Shown here piece by piece: positions 10,340 to 21,152 of a stretch of 64,000 nt of DNA. The position numbers and the translations under genes were made by a program. The stretch comes from a virus (taxonomy: Duplodnaviria > Caudoviricetes): positions 128,001 to 192,000 of IMG/VR virus record IMGVR_UViG_3300036762_000065; one strand, given 5' to 3'. A model generated the notes under the pieces. The model was not told the DNA's origin, ran no database searches, and saw only the letters and a program-made list of their open reading frames with translations. The stretch's first letter is position 1. Each line of letters begins with the position of its first letter.

Positions 10340-10939
10340 TTAGATACAGCGAACCGTTCCGGTTTGCGGGTTAGTAAATGTAACTGTGGTTTGGTTAACA
10401 GTATCGTGAGCAACAGACAAAGGCTGAACTTCAGAATTACCTATGAATACTCGCGTAATAGGATTATATCCAAGCCCGTGCGTAACAACCCAAGTAGTAG
10501 AAGGGGTGTTAAACACTTGCTCATGGGCAATGTTAGCTCTTGGATGTCCTTCTGTATTACCTAACTGTAGAATAGCTTTACCTGCTTGCGCGTTGGTAAA
10601 AGTAATAACAGTTTGATTATACGTCTGTACAATATTATCTGCAATGATGTGATTATTCGAAGTGTCTAGCACTTGAACCATAGCGCTCGCAGTTTCCAAA
10701 GCGTGGTTGATTGTCCATGTAGTGGAAGCTAAACTTTGGCTATGTACATGTGTATTAAGCTCGTTAGTTAGAGGAGCCCATAGTGGAATACCTCCATCTA
10801 TTTCTACACACATCATAACGCGCTTATCTTTAAAGATAACTTGCCCGGCTTTTGAAACTGTCGGGAAGTTTACAACAGACTCCAGAACAATGTTTTTCAA
10901 CAAGTTCTGAGACATATCAATGTTACCTAATGCTTTCAT
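10340..10939 (-). CDS. Structural protein with two H.Q...STTW...H.L domains
   Basis: Internal repeat; GAGG RBS. Confidence 0.7.
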   Translation of the reverse strand: MKALGNIDMSQNLLKNIVLESVVNFPTVSKAGQVIFKDKRVMMCVEIDGGIPLWAPLTNELNTHVHSQSLASTTWTINHALETASAMVQVLDTSNNHIIADNIVQTYNQTVITFTNAQAGKAILQLGNTEGHPRANIAHEQVFNTPSTTWVVTHGLGYNPITRVFIGNSEVQPLSVAHDTVNQTTVTFTNPQTGTVRCI

Positions 10940-10960
10940 AACAAATCCTCAACGTAGTAG

Positions 10961-10986
10961 AAAAGGGTGGAGCTATAGCTCCACCC
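10961..10986 (-). terminator. Intrinsic terminator
   Basis: Perfect palindrome GGGTGGAGCTATAGCTCCACCC (10965-10986) plus TTTT on the minus strand after 11002..12702. Confidence 0.75.
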
Positions 10987-11001
10987 GATCATGTTAACTG
11001 T

Positions 11002-12702
11002 TTATACTTTTAAACCGTTAACAACTACTCGACAAGTTTCAGCGTTTGAAAATGTAACAACAAGGCTGTTAGCATCTGTAAAACTTACTGACTCAGGAAT
11101 AACAACTTCACCTGTGGAGTCGATTACAGTTACGCCAACATATTGAGTTCCCATGTTGTGTGTAACTGTATGGGTTGTTGAAGGAGTTACGGTCTCCGCA
11201 TACAAGAAGTAACCGGCACCTAGCTTACTGTCAAGATCGGTGATAGCTTGGTTGATAACAACAACGCCTGCGTCGTAGTGACCTTTAGAGATTGCAGTAG
11301 TAGCTGATGAACCGCTTTGATCATTAGAAGACAAGATCAAGTCACCAGTCATTGCTTGAGCACCGTCACGATACATAACGCGATTACGCATTTCAGCATC
11401 ATCAACAAATACACCAGTACCGTCTACAGTCAGGCCGCTTGATGCAGGAGTCAATACAGACAACGCACTACCGCCAGCGCCTTGTAAACCATTGCCGACG
11501 ATAGAAGTATTCAACATACCTTCTACAATACCAGCAGTGTTTACTTTCAGACCGCTTGCAGTTGTTGCCATACCGCCGGCAGCATCAATCTTAATAGAAA
11601 GCTGTGCAGCAGTATTGGTAGATACAGTAGAGCCGTCTTCAGTATTGAACAAACCGCCTGTAGCAGAACAATCAACACCGACTTCATCTGTAGGTAACTG
11701 ACCGATACCAGCACCGAGATTTACGTTGATAGTGTTACCGCTCTTAACAAGGCCTACACCTGCATTCAACGCATCCAAGCCGCCGAACTGACCCCAAGCT
11801 GTTCCGTTAAAGTACTGCCAGCTTCCTGTATCACGATCCCATGCCAAAGTACCTTCACCTTGTACAGAAACATCATACACAACTTGGAAGTCCGTGCCGT
11901 CAAACTCAACGATATCGCCATCTGCAACACCTGCAATAGTACCGAAGTTAGTGTGCAGTGCTCCTACGTCCGTAAGAATATAACGGTCACCGGTGGTTGG
12001 TGTGGCTGTAGGATCAAGAAGTGCATCAACTTGAACAGCAAGCACATCACCTTGGAAATCCAGACCTGCAAGTGCAGATTGCATTTGAGCCAAGTTGACT
12101 GCATCGGTAGGGTTTACAGCAGCAGCAATATTTGTAATTGAGTTGCCACCCATAACCAAGTTGCCGCTCATAGAGTCGCCGACTTTGTTTACAGGTACAT
12201 AACCCAATGCAGCTTCTTTACCGTCGATTTGACCTTGGATTGCAGAAGTAACACCTGCAAGGAACTCAATCTCAGCTGCCGTAGTAGAAGTAGCAGAAAT
12301 CAACTTACCACTAGCACTTGAAACAGTAGCCATACTGTTAGTCAAGTTTGTAGCTACCAAGTCAGATGTAGCACCTGTCAGATTGTCTTGCTTTAGTGCA
12401 AGTGCAGTATCCAAGTGGCCTTTAGAAACAGCACCGGTTGCAGCAGCTCCGCTTTGGTCATTGCTGTCCAAAGTAAGTTCGCCTGTCATAGATACGGTAC
12501 CATCATGCTTGATATAAGCACTTAGGTCACCGCCACCAGTAGCAATAATATGAGTAGTAGTACCATCATAATACTTCAAAGCTTTAGATGTAGTATTATA
12601 CCACATTTGCGACTCTGCAGGGCTACCTGGGTCAGCAACCAAATTGTCGATTTTTAAGTCTTTGACTTGACCATCAATAGATAGATTACCATTAACGCGC
12701 AT
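11002..12702 (-). CDS. Abundant fibre/whisker-like structural protein
   Basis: Gly/Ala/Thr-rich, MTG.L.L and DAVN..Q fibre motifs, C-terminal HN(M/L) domain, own terminator. Confidence 0.75.
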   Translation of the reverse strand: MRVNGNLSIDGQVKDLKIDNLVADPGSPAESQMWYNTTSKALKYYDGTTTHIIATGGGDLSAYIKHDGTVSMTGELTLDSNDQSGAAATGAVSKGHLDTALALKQDNLTGATSDLVATNLTNSMATVSSASGKLISATSTTAAEIEFLAGVTSAIQGQIDGKEAALGYVPVNKVGDSMSGNLVMGGNSITNIAAAVNPTDAVNLAQMQSALAGLDFQGDVLAVQVDALLDPTATPTTGDRYILTDVGALHTNFGTIAGVADGDIVEFDGTDFQVVYDVSVQGEGTLAWDRDTGSWQYFNGTAWGQFGGLDALNAGVGLVKSGNTINVNLGAGIGQLPTDEVGVDCSATGGLFNTEDGSTVSTNTAAQLSIKIDAAGGMATTASGLKVNTAGIVEGMLNTSIVGNGLQGAGGSALSVLTPASSGLTVDGTGVFVDDAEMRNRVMYRDGAQAMTGDLILSSNDQSGSSATTAISKGHYDAGVVVINQAITDLDSKLGAGYFLYAETVTPSTTHTVTHNMGTQYVGVTVIDSTGEVVIPESVSFTDANSLVVTFSNAETCRVVVNGLKV

Positions 12703-12812
12703 TAGTTAATACTCCTGATTTACATGTAATTAAGTGTACTTTTGCACACAGTATTAAATTAGTAACTGTAAAAAAAATATATACAACAACTAATGTTAAA
12801 TAAGGTAAAGAT

Positions 12813-13679
12813 TTAAGTGCCTGATACAGGCTGCACCTTTACGATTCCTATTATAGGAATAGCGAAAACAACACTAACATTATTACTGTCAAGTACTTCT
12901 ATTTCGGCAGGTATAACCATTTTGTTGTTGTTGTCAAACACTTGAACAAGTACATTACTACTATCCAAGTTGTGGGCAACTTCCCATGTCACTTCTGCAA
13001 CAGATTGAGCATGTACATAGCCGTTTGTGTCTGTAAAACCTTCAAGTGCAAGAATTCTATTTTCATGGTTAACGTTTACTTTAGTCTTTAGTATGTTTAA
13101 CTGGTTTATAACATACGAAAGTCCTTGCGAAAATCCGCCGAACCGTGTCTCTAGCGCACCTACTAAGCTTTGTATCCAACTCTTAGCAACAACCTCGTTC
13201 GCTCCGAAGTCATTTCCTGGAACATCTGTTCTTACTGTTAGAGGTCCTGTTAAGTCTCCTCCTTCAGAAGACAGCGCCCCTATTTGTTGTGCTGTAGTTC
13301 TATGAGGGTTGTCTATGTTGTTACTGTGGTCTATGTGGTCTTGATCGCCAGGTTCCGGTATGTCCCAAACCTGAGGAGGCACAAAGAAAGATGCGTATGT
13401 TGTTAATTGATTCCAAGTGTGTGAATAAGAAGCTGAAGCAATACGAGACTGCCTCTTTAATATCTTGCCGTAGTCGACATTCTGGCTATCCGCTACTAGC
13501 CAAACAATATTAAGAGGTGCTGTTACGTTGTAGGGTTCTGTAAAAGAAACAACAACTTGTGTATTTTCATACGAAGTAGGTGCCTCTAAAACTAAGGATA
13601 TTGCTTTTGTACTAGATAACCCCTTGCTGCCAGCAACATCAAACAACCTAGCTATAAGTTGTTCTAGTTCTGGGTCCAT
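12813..13679 (-). CDS. Fibre-associated structural protein
   Basis: H.....NPH.TT..QIGAL fibre motif, coiled coil, C-terminal HNL domain. Confidence 0.7.
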   Translation of the reverse strand: MDPELEQLIARLFDVAGSKGLSSTKAISLVLEAPTSYENTQVVVSFTEPYNVTAPLNIVWLVADSQNVDYGKILKRQSRIASASYSHTWNQLTTYASFFVPPQVWDIPEPGDQDHIDHSNNIDNPHRTTAQQIGALSSEGGDLTGPLTVRTDVPGNDFGANEVVAKSWIQSLVGALETRFGGFSQGLSYVINQLNILKTKVNVNHENRILALEGFTDTNGYVHAQSVAEVTWEVAHNLDSSNVLVQVFDNNNKMVIPAEIEVLDSNNVSVVFAIPIIGIVKVQPVSGT

Positions 13680-13738
13680 GGAGATATTCCTCTATGTGTG
13701 GTTTGACGTTACTCAAATAAATTATATTTATTTTCATG

Positions 13739-14251
13739 TTAAATAGCAGTTGTTTGAATATTTTTCAATTCATTCATTCGGGTTAGGTAAATATCGTCTG
13801 CGCACATACGAACACTATAAATCTGTTTAGCTATATCTTGCAATGTAGCTATATCAACCTCTTTTAATGTCCTTGTCCCGTTAATCATACAGTGTATTTT
13901 AGGCACGAAGTTTTTGTCTAAGCTACATATGTTTAATGCTAGATTGAGTTCCATAAGAGCCGAGTCGTCTGACATCCAGCAGATACCGCTTTCATCAACA
14001 TAGCCTCGTATTTTACTGTCAACACAACATCGTTTATGTTCGTCTTCTGTTTCTTGGATACTACTATCTACAGTAGGTTTACTGACATTCAACAGCATCC
14101 TATTTTTTATAATAAACTGTGAAGGGTTCTTTACAATCATATCGCGCTTTTGTGCAGAGACAGGTATATTAGGTGTTTTTAACGTGTGTTTGTCGGCATT
14201 TAGTATCGCCAATATATCTCCGCTTTCTTCATCGTAATGTAAAAAGTACAT
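13739..14251 (-). CDS. Putative tail fibre assembly chaperone
   Basis: Size, position after a fibre gene, YF.YD...G.I start; start reassigned to ATG 14251. Confidence 0.5.
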   Translation of the reverse strand: MYFLHYDEESGDILAILNADKHTLKTPNIPVSAQKRDMIVKNPSQFIIKNRMLLNVSKPTVDSSIQETEDEHKRCCVDSKIRGYVDESGICWMSDDSALMELNLALNICSLDKNFVPKIHCMINGTRTLKEVDIATLQDIAKQIYSVRMCADDIYLTRMNELKNIQTTAI

Positions 14252-14253
14252 TC

Positions 14254-15063
14254 TTATCTCCCTAGTGCTATCCAATATAAATCCCAACCAGACATCGCTA
14301 CAGGTCTAGTACCTCCAAGTCCATCAGGCTCTGTAGCAAGTAAACTTGTTGAAACACCTAATTCACAATAGCCTGCATTAAAGCTATTGATATATACTTT
14401 GTTGGCTACGTTACTCGTAGGGTTTACCCACTGTAAAATTATAGCTCTTGGACTTGTGTCAGAGAATGCTTCTGGAAACAATATACGTTTAAAGTTTCCA
14501 GGTACTGCATCGGTGAATCTCCCCCAAGAAAGAATCCTACCTGTACTTAGTGTCTCGTATGAGCTTACTGTGCCTGTCACTAGAACAGGAGTAGCGCCGT
14601 TTGCACCAGCTGGACCTTGAGGACCTGTCGGACCTGCTGGACCTTGAGGTCCAGCTGAAGCTGCAGGACCTGTCGGTCCTGCTGGGCCAGTAATACCTTG
14701 AGGACCTCTGTCACCCTTAGGACCTTGACAACCCCTCTCTCCAGGTCTGCCATCAATACCGTTTCTGCCGTTCTGTCCACTAGGTCCTTTAGGTCCTGTA
14801 GAACCTCTTTGACCGACACCTATGTTAGCCGGTGTCATGAATCCTGATATATTTATGACGTTTACTACATTAAATCCATCAGACAAATACAAAGATAATA
14901 TGCCTGTAGTAGCATCATAGTTTCCATCATTTACAAACAGATCGTCACTGCTAGTACTTAGCGATTGAGCCTCTACTGAACTACCGTTAAAGATAAGTTT
15001 ATCGTTAGCTACAGCGTTACTGCCTGCGTCTAACATATCTAATGGTGTTTTTGTTAATGACAT
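14254..15063 (-). CDS. Collagen-like fibre protein
   Basis: Long Gly-X-Y run; N-terminus paralogous to 18929..19432. Confidence 0.85.
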   Translation of the reverse strand: MSLTKTPLDMLDAGSNAVANDKLIFNGSSVEAQSLSTSSDDLFVNDGNYDATTGILSLYLSDGFNVVNVINISGFMTPANIGVGQRGSTGPKGPSGQNGRNGIDGRPGERGCQGPKGDRGPQGITGPAGPTGPAASAGPQGPAGPTGPQGPAGANGATPVLVTGTVSSYETLSTGRILSWGRFTDAVPGNFKRILFPEAFSDTSPRAIILQWVNPTSNVANKVYINSFNAGYCELGVSTSLLATEPDGLGGTRPVAMSGWDLYWIALGR

Positions 15064-15075
15064 TCTAATACTCCA

Positions 15076-15243
15076 CTATTTAACGTCTAACCATTGTGTA
15101 CCATCAGCACTACGTACTTTAGTATTGTGAGGACCCATCTGTATGCGTTGTCCGCTACTACTTATAACAGTCCAAGCACCTAAAGAAAAGTTTGTTTGCC
15201 ATGCACTACTTGGGTTTTTTCGTACTTTTAAAACTACAGCCAT
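15076..15243 (-). CDS. Small structural protein
   Basis: AGGAG RBS before ATG 15243; LKVR...W repeats like the N-terminus of 15254..18403. Confidence 0.6.
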   Translation of the reverse strand: MAVVLKVRKNPSSAWQTNFSLGAWTVISSSGQRIQMGPHNTKVRSADGTQWLDVK

Positions 15244-15253
15244 TTTAATTCTC

Positions 15254-18200
15254 CTATGGACAAACAACAGAATAATTCCACGCAGTTCCGTTAGGACCTG
15301 TCACGATCATTGTGAATATAGATTGATTTGTTACAGCAAAATCATGGAAGAAAGTTAATGTACCTTTGCCTGACACAGGACCTCCTGTAGTAGCAACTGT
15401 ATTGCCGTCATACACAACATCAAATTGATCGGGTTGACCGAACGCATTATAGTTTATTGTTACTACACCGCTACCTGTACCTATGTAAATAGCGGTGTTA
15501 GTTACACCAGCACCTCCACTACCGCTAGTATTACCACACGGTGTAACAGCTTGATCGTCATTTGTTATTGTACCTGTACCTGTAAAGTCTGTTGCTAGAA
15601 CACAATTAACAGGCAGAGATAAAGTAAGCTGCAAAGTTTCATCTATTTCCGCATCGGTATCTCCGTACACTTCTATACCGACAACACCGGACACATATCC
15701 AGGATATATAATCAATGTACCTGACTCATTCCTATAATCCACACCGGCCGTAGCAGTTTCCGCAAAAGAAGAATAACGTACAGATATGTTCCTATCTCTA
15801 GGTAAGTTGTCAGCAAATGAAACAGTGAACTGTAATAACTTTGAACCGGAATCCCCTTCAGTAACCGAGCCGTCTGATATGTTCAATACAGGAGGATTAA
15901 AAAACTCATCGTTGATAATAGTACCTATAGCTTGAGAATCTGACACCACTGCATTTACAGGATTCGACAGGTTTATAAAGAACTGCTCATCCGGCTCTAT
16001 TGCAGTATCCCCTTTTATAGAGACTCCTATATTACCGCTAGTTTGCCCTGCAGGTATTGTAAGTGTACCTACTATTGATGTAAAATCTGTATTTATTGAA
16101 GCTGTATTTCCTGTCGTACTGTAGTTAACAGCAACATTCCTATCTCTTGGTAAATTGTCTACAAAGCGCACTACAAAGATAAGTAAAGAAGTTCCGCTGT
16201 TGCCTTCGTTTTTAGAAACATCGGCAATAGCTAGAACAGGAGGAACGTAATCAATATCATCATTTATTAATGTAACAATTCCTTCAGGGTCTGTTATTTT
16301 ACAGTTGATAGGATCGGATAGTAGTATACGTATAGTTTCATTGGCTTCTTCGGAAGTGTCGCCTAGTATATTTATGTATTCTGTCTTGCTAGTCTGCCCT
16401 GCTGGTATTGTAACTCTGCCAAAGTTTGTTTCATAATCAGAACCTGCCAATGCAGTACCGTTTGAAGTAGTTGCAAAGAAACTAACATCTCTGTCTACAG
16501 CAACAAGAGGTCTAAGTTCAAACGTGTAACTTATAGTATTATATACATCACCTTCAGTAACAGACTTATCTATAAGTTTTATTTCAGGCTTGTTGAAAGG
16601 ACACTCTACTAAGAAACTCCAACTTGTTTTACCGCTTCCTGTAACGCGAATCAATACGTCTTGACCTGCGGCAGGGTTAAATGGGAAAACAAGATAGTCT
16701 TCTCCTGCAACAGGGCCGCCTGTAGTAGCAATCAAAGAACCATTCTGGAATACTTCTAACGTATCCATTATGTTATACATTTGATAACGTATACTAACAT
16801 CACCTGCTTTATTACCTAATCTATAGTAAGTGTCTGTTACTCCAGCGCCTCCTGAGTGTACAACACTCTCTGCATCAAATCCACAAGGAACAGGGTCGAC
16901 AGAACTGCCGGTATCTCCTGGGCAGTTAACTAAGTACACCCAGCTAGTGTCACTATTTATAGACGTAACACGTACAGTAACAAGAGGGTCGTCTATTACA
17001 GGCACGTATTCAAAAGACAAAAGCCCTTCACCTACAACGTAACCTGCTGTCTGTGCTACTTTCTGTCCTTTGTAGAACACTTCCATTTTATCAGCTATGT
17101 TCCACATTTGAAATTCTATTACTACTGTTCCTGCTTCTGTACCCATATCGTGTATAAATTCGTGTACTCCTGCACCGCCTCCGTGACTAGGAACAAAAGT
17201 CCCGTGACAAGGAGCAGGGTCTGCCGGAGTTCCATACTCATCTTCAGGTTCTTCTACAGGGCACATCCAACTAAGCTGCCAATCACTATCCGGGTCCTGA
17301 CGCACACGAACAAATACGAGGTCCTCTCCTTGTGTAGTTCCTGTCTCAAAATAAAATGTAAGTCTATCAGAAGTATCTACTTTACCGTCTGTAGTAGCTT
17401 GTCGAATTCCGTAATGGTATATGTCTATAGAAATGCGTCCTGTGTTTATACCATAATCAAAATGCACGTAACCGCCTACGTCGGTATCCATCTTAATGTA
17501 GAATTCTATTATGTCACTGTCTGCAATACCAAATATTGTACAAGGACAACTTTTAGGGTCTTCAAACGTACCTTCTTCCGGACATGTACTTTCTCTAATA
17601 CCTGTCTGATTCTCTTCACACTCTCCGTCTAATCCTTCTCTGACAATACACGTTTCACCTGTTTCATCAGTCCTCTCGCCGCTAGTCTCACCACATGCAT
17701 CAGGAAGGTCATAGCCAGGAGGATAAGGTTCCCCGGGAGTAAAAGTACCACCAGCGCAGTTGGTATCTCCTGCACCCTCTTCTGAACTACCAGCATCAGC
17801 GTCATCCCACTTATTGTTGCTGTTATTATCCCTACTATTAGTATTGTTAGTACTAGGTTTAGAGTTATTTCCATTATTACCGCCGCCTGCAGGATTAGTA
17901 ACTGTACTAGGGTTAGTTGAAGTACCTAAATTACCAGTTCTATTAGAGCCTGTTCCGGAGCTTCCTGAGTTTGTATTTCCGTTTGAATCGTTAGGGTTGT
18001 CAGGGTTATCGGGATTGCTTGGATTGCTTGGATTGCTTGGATTGTTTGTTCCGCCGGGAGCGTAGTCCGAGTATGTTCCTCCGGACTCAGGATTGTCAGG
18101 CCCGTCAGGAAGTAACTCTTCAGGAGGGATGACTTCTCCTGTTTCAGGATCAACAGGAAGTCCTGGCCCTGAACCGTTGGCACCTTTACCGTCAGGAGTA

Positions 18201-18403
18201 CCTCCCATAGGGTCAACGTCACACTCGCTTTCTGAAATACAGTCTATATTTACCCAGTAGTTATTACTGCCGTGACGCGCTGCAAGCTTTCCTGGGATAA
18301 GTCGTATCCAGCGTGTATTACTAGGATCGCGAACATAGAATTCGGATTGACATATGTCAATCCATTTACTGTTGTCAACATCTCTTACTCTCAGGCGGCC
18401 CAT
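15254..18403 (-). CDS. Large virion adhesin-like protein with three Calx-beta domains
   Basis: Three V.EG.SG...TA....DY....G.L.I..G.....I.GD...E.DE...I.ND repeats; four Cys-Pro-terminated repeats; Asn/Pro/Ser linker. Confidence 0.8.
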   Translation of the reverse strand: MGRLRVRDVDNSKWIDICQSEFYVRDPSNTRWIRLIPGKLAARHGSNNYWVNIDCISESECDVDPMGGTPDGKGANGSGPGLPVDPETGEVIPPEELLPDGPDNPESGGTYSDYAPGGTNNPSNPSNPSNPDNPDNPNDSNGNTNSGSSGTGSNRTGNLGTSTNPSTVTNPAGGGNNGNNSKPSTNNTNSRDNNSNNKWDDADAGSSEEGAGDTNCAGGTFTPGEPYPPGYDLPDACGETSGERTDETGETCIVREGLDGECEENQTGIRESTCPEEGTFEDPKSCPCTIFGIADSDIIEFYIKMDTDVGGYVHFDYGINTGRISIDIYHYGIRQATTDGKVDTSDRLTFYFETGTTQGEDLVFVRVRQDPDSDWQLSWMCPVEEPEDEYGTPADPAPCHGTFVPSHGGGAGVHEFIHDMGTEAGTVVIEFQMWNIADKMEVFYKGQKVAQTAGYVVGEGLLSFEYVPVIDDPLVTVRVTSINSDTSWVYLVNCPGDTGSSVDPVPCGFDAESVVHSGGAGVTDTYYRLGNKAGDVSIRYQMYNIMDTLEVFQNGSLIATTGGPVAGEDYLVFPFNPAAGQDVLIRVTGSGKTSWSFLVECPFNKPEIKLIDKSVTEGDVYNTISYTFELRPLVAVDRDVSFFATTSNGTALAGSDYETNFGRVTIPAGQTSKTEYINILGDTSEEANETIRILLSDPINCKITDPEGIVTLINDDIDYVPPVLAIADVSKNEGNSGTSLLIFVVRFVDNLPRDRNVAVNYSTTGNTASINTDFTSIVGTLTIPAGQTSGNIGVSIKGDTAIEPDEQFFINLSNPVNAVVSDSQAIGTIINDEFFNPPVLNISDGSVTEGDSGSKLLQFTVSFADNLPRDRNISVRYSSFAETATAGVDYRNESGTLIIYPGYVSGVVGIEVYGDTDAEIDETLQLTLSLPVNCVLATDFTGTGTITNDDQAVTPCGNTSGSGGAGVTNTAIYIGTGSGVVTINYNAFGQPDQFDVVYDGNTVATTGGPVSGKGTLTFFHDFAVTNQSIFTMIVTGPNGTAWNYSVVCP
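18012..18043 (-). repeat. 9-bp coding tandem repeat (GGATTGCTT x3; NPS repeats)
   Basis: Direct reading of the sequence. Confidence 0.8.
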
Positions 18404-18413
18404 CTAATTATCC

Positions 18414-18677
18414 TTATTTTGTACGTAACCCGTGTGCGGCTGGATTCTTTCTAACTACACTTCTACGTTTCGACACCTTTTCTTTTAGTGCATCACGTTT
18501 CTCTTCAATTTTAGTTTCAATGGCCTCAATACGAGCTTTAGCTTTATTTATTTTATCTTTATACCCGGTTCCTTTTTCTTTTTCCAAAGTTGCAATTAAA
18601 TCTTTTTGCTTTTTTATCTTTTGTTTGTCCGTAAGTTTTGCATTTTTTGTTGTGCTCAAGCTAATAAGAATTTTCAC
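18414..18677 (-). CDS. Small Lys-rich protein with tag MKILISLS
   Basis: Shared N-terminal tag; coupled to the upstream stop. Confidence 0.75.
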   Translation of the reverse strand: MKILISLSTTKNAKLTDKQKIKKQKDLIATLEKEKGTGYKDKINKAKARIEAIETKIEEKRDALKEKVSKRRSVVRKNPAAHGLRTK

Positions 18678-18919
18678 TATAAATCTCCTAGTATGTTTAG
18701 TATTTCCAATTCTTTTCTTTGTATTATTGCGTCAGGTGCTATTTCAGACAGTCCGCTCAACTCTATCACAAGCTTTGCTACCGTAGGGCCTATTTGTTCA
18801 GCATTGTGTTCAGCAAATACCGCAGCATCTTTATACGCTTTGTTGCCTATAAGATGCTTTAACTCTAACGAGAGAGAATGCTTTACGTCTGTGCTTAAAC
18901 TTATCTGTATAGGAATCAT
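18677..18919 (-). CDS. Small protein with tag MIPIQISLS
   Basis: First 9 aa identical to 717..1439; AGGAG RBS. Confidence 0.75.
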   Translation of the reverse strand: MIPIQISLSTDVKHSLSLELKHLIGNKAYKDAAVFAEHNAEQIGPTVAKLVIELSGLSEIAPDAIIQRKELEILNILGDL

Positions 18920-18928
18920 TAATGTCTC

Positions 18929-19432
18929 CTAAGGTTTTATCCAAAGTGCTCCAGGCATCGCTGATCCTGACGGGTCCTCTGTCTGTATAAATATCTGCAC
19001 TATACCATCTTGTCCTGCGTCTCCTTGAGGTCCTGTTGGACCTTTAGGTCCTGTAAACCCTCTAGGACCAGCAGGACCTTGAGGACCCTGAGCACCCTGA
19101 GCACCCGCAGGACCGGCACATCCTGTAAATCCGGTAAACCCGTCAGCCCCGAGTAGTCCGTCAGTGCCGTCAGCCCCGCTCAAACCTTGGGCTCCTGCAA
19201 CGCCGACGCCTATATTGCCTTGTGTCATAAAGCCAGACACTACAAGTTCAGTACCGTTGGCAAGTAAGAGAGTAAGCTTACCGTTAGCATCGTCAAAATT
19301 GCCTCCTACCACACCTAAGTTGTTAGGATTCTCTTCAGGATTTAAGACAACTTTCTCACCGTCAAAGCGCACATCAGACCCAGGAATGCCTTTTGCATCG
19401 AGCATAGTTAGTGGTGTTTTAGTTAAAGCCAT
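18929..19432 (-). CDS. Collagen-like fibre protein
   Basis: Gly-X-Y run, C-terminal P.....GALW. Confidence 0.85.
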   Translation of the reverse strand: MALTKTPLTMLDAKGIPGSDVRFDGEKVVLNPEENPNNLGVVGGNFDDANGKLTLLLANGTELVVSGFMTQGNIGVGVAGAQGLSGADGTDGLLGADGFTGFTGCAGPAGAQGAQGPQGPAGPRGFTGPKGPTGPQGDAGQDGIVQIFIQTEDPSGSAMPGALWIKP

Positions 19433-19435
19433 TTC

Positions 19436-19627
19436 TTAACTCCTGAAGTTCACTTTTTTAGGATGTATACGACAAGCTAGTTTTAACAGAATTAATGAGG
19501 TTGTTTGTTCTGTTAACTTATAGCCCAGGCATTTAAAACATTTACCTTCCTGTTCAATACAAAACGATTGTTCGGAAGGAGATGTATATTCATGTTTACA
19601 GTCTGGACATATCATTTTTAAAATCAT
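19436..19627 (-). CDS. Small Cys-rich (zinc-finger-like) protein
   Basis: CPDC...C.....CFKC. Confidence 0.55.
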   Translation of the reverse strand: MILKMICPDCKHEYTSPSEQSFCIEQEGKCFKCLGYKLTEQTTSLILLKLACRIHPKKVNFRS

Positions 19628-19647
19628 GATTGCTGCCCTTGTAGAAC

Positions 19648-20352
19648 TTACTTAGCGTGTTTTAAATATGACTTTATTGCTTTAACGACAAAAACTCTAT
19701 CTTTGTCTTGTTCTGCACTAGATAGTTTGCTAAATGGTTTTTTCTGGTGCTCTTCTGCCCACGATCCGTTACGTTCGAGCCATTTTTTATGTACGTGATC
19801 GGCAGCTTTATCTAAAGCACCTGCATCGAGCTTACCTCCTTTAGCAGCTAATTGTATTCCTTCCACAACAGCTTCGGCATTCTTCTTGTTCTCTGCTTTC
19901 CAATCTTCAGGTAAGTCTTTATAATCTGTGTTCAGTATATCAACCTCGTCTTTACCGTTTTTCTTTATCCACGCTTCATCTTTAGTTTTCTTTATCCTGG
20001 TTTTCTCATTAGGCTTATCTCTTCTATATTCTTTTTGCCAATCTGAGTGTCCGTTAGATGCAACATCGTCAACCATTGCTTTACTGTGTTTTTTTATGTC
20101 TACCTTATCGCCCATTTTCTGAATCAACGCAGAACCTTGTTTTTGTACTAATGTACCTTTAACAGGAGCTTTCTTGGTAGCAGTTTTACTTTTAGTTACT
20201 GTAGTGCCTTTGACAGGCACGAGCTTGCCGCCTACCGATTTGTGGGTTATTATACCTTCTTTGTTTGCGTATCTGCCGAAAGAAGCATGGTGCAATCCCA
20301 TTTTCTTTGCTTCAGCACCAGCATCGCTAGATAGACTTATATGTATAAGCAT
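19648..20352 (-). CDS. Basic protein with tag MLIHISLS and RyR-like domains
   Basis: H..W...Y.DL.E..K and H..W..R....F..L...EQDKDR patterns. Confidence 0.7.
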   Translation of the reverse strand: MLIHISLSSDAGAEAKKMGLHHASFGRYANKEGIITHKSVGGKLVPVKGTTVTKSKTATKKAPVKGTLVQKQGSALIQKMGDKVDIKKHSKAMVDDVASNGHSDWQKEYRRDKPNEKTRIKKTKDEAWIKKNGKDEVDILNTDYKDLPEDWKAENKKNAEAVVEGIQLAAKGGKLDAGALDKAADHVHKKWLERNGSWAEEHQKKPFSKLSSAEQDKDRVFVVKAIKSYLKHAK

Positions 20353-20434
20353 AAAAAAGTTCCTTATTTAGTATTGTGTTTTTGATTACTATATTATGAT
20401 CATTACGGTACATACGTATGACTACTATGGTACA

Positions 20435-21151
20435 CTAAGGCCACGGGCTGCCGATCGGAGGATCGACTAGCCCTGTATCAGGATCGACTATTTCTCCGCC
20501 TCCACCGGGTGCAGGTTCAGGCTCCGGTGCAGCAGGAGGAGTTGCGTCAGGATTTACCCAAAGCGTTCCAGGCGCTACTGCACCCGGGTCTGTGGAACTC
20601 ACTATAATAGACACACTTCCTACAGGCCCTGGAGCACCAGGTTCTCCCGGAGGCCCTGCTTCGCCTCTAGGTCCTGTTGGACCCAATGCGCCTTGAGGTC
20701 CTGTAGGTCCTTTTATTCCCGGAGGACCTTTAGGCCCCGGACAACCCTTAGGTCCAATAGTACCCTGCTGACCTGCGCGCCCATCTCTGCCGTCTTCTCC
20801 TTTAGGGCCGGTAGGGCCAGGAGGTCCTTCGCAACCTGCATCCCCTTTCTCCCCGTCTTTACCGTCTTGCCCTATCTTACCATCTTTACCGCTAAGGCCT
20901 TGAGGCCCGGTCGGCCCTGTTGGTATATTAGACGCTGTAGGGAATCCTTTTATCGACACAGACTCTCCGTTCTGCATCGTTATTGTAAGTATACCTTGAA
21001 TGTCATCAAAGAAACCACTTACAACTTCTGATATCTCACTCTCAGTCGGAGCGACTAGCTTAAGGCGCTCGTTGTCTACAATTATTTCTGTAGCTCCGTC
21101 AGCACCACTAGCTTTTACTTGATCAATTAGAGGTCTAGTTAAACCAACCAT
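20435..21151 (-). CDS. Collagen-like fibre protein
   Basis: Gly-X-Y run; start reassigned to ATG 21151 (MVGLTRPL, aligns with paralogues). Confidence 0.85.
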   Translation of the reverse strand: MVGLTRPLIDQVKASGADGATEIIVDNERLKLVAPTESEISEVVSGFFDDIQGILTITMQNGESVSIKGFPTASNIPTGPTGPQGLSGKDGKIGQDGKDGEKGDAGCEGPPGPTGPKGEDGRDGRAGQQGTIGPKGCPGPKGPPGIKGPTGPQGALGPTGPRGEAGPPGEPGAPGPVGSVSIIVSSTDPGAVAPGTLWVNPDATPPAAPEPEPAPGGGGEIVDPDTGLVDPPIGSPWP

Positions 21152-21152
21152 T

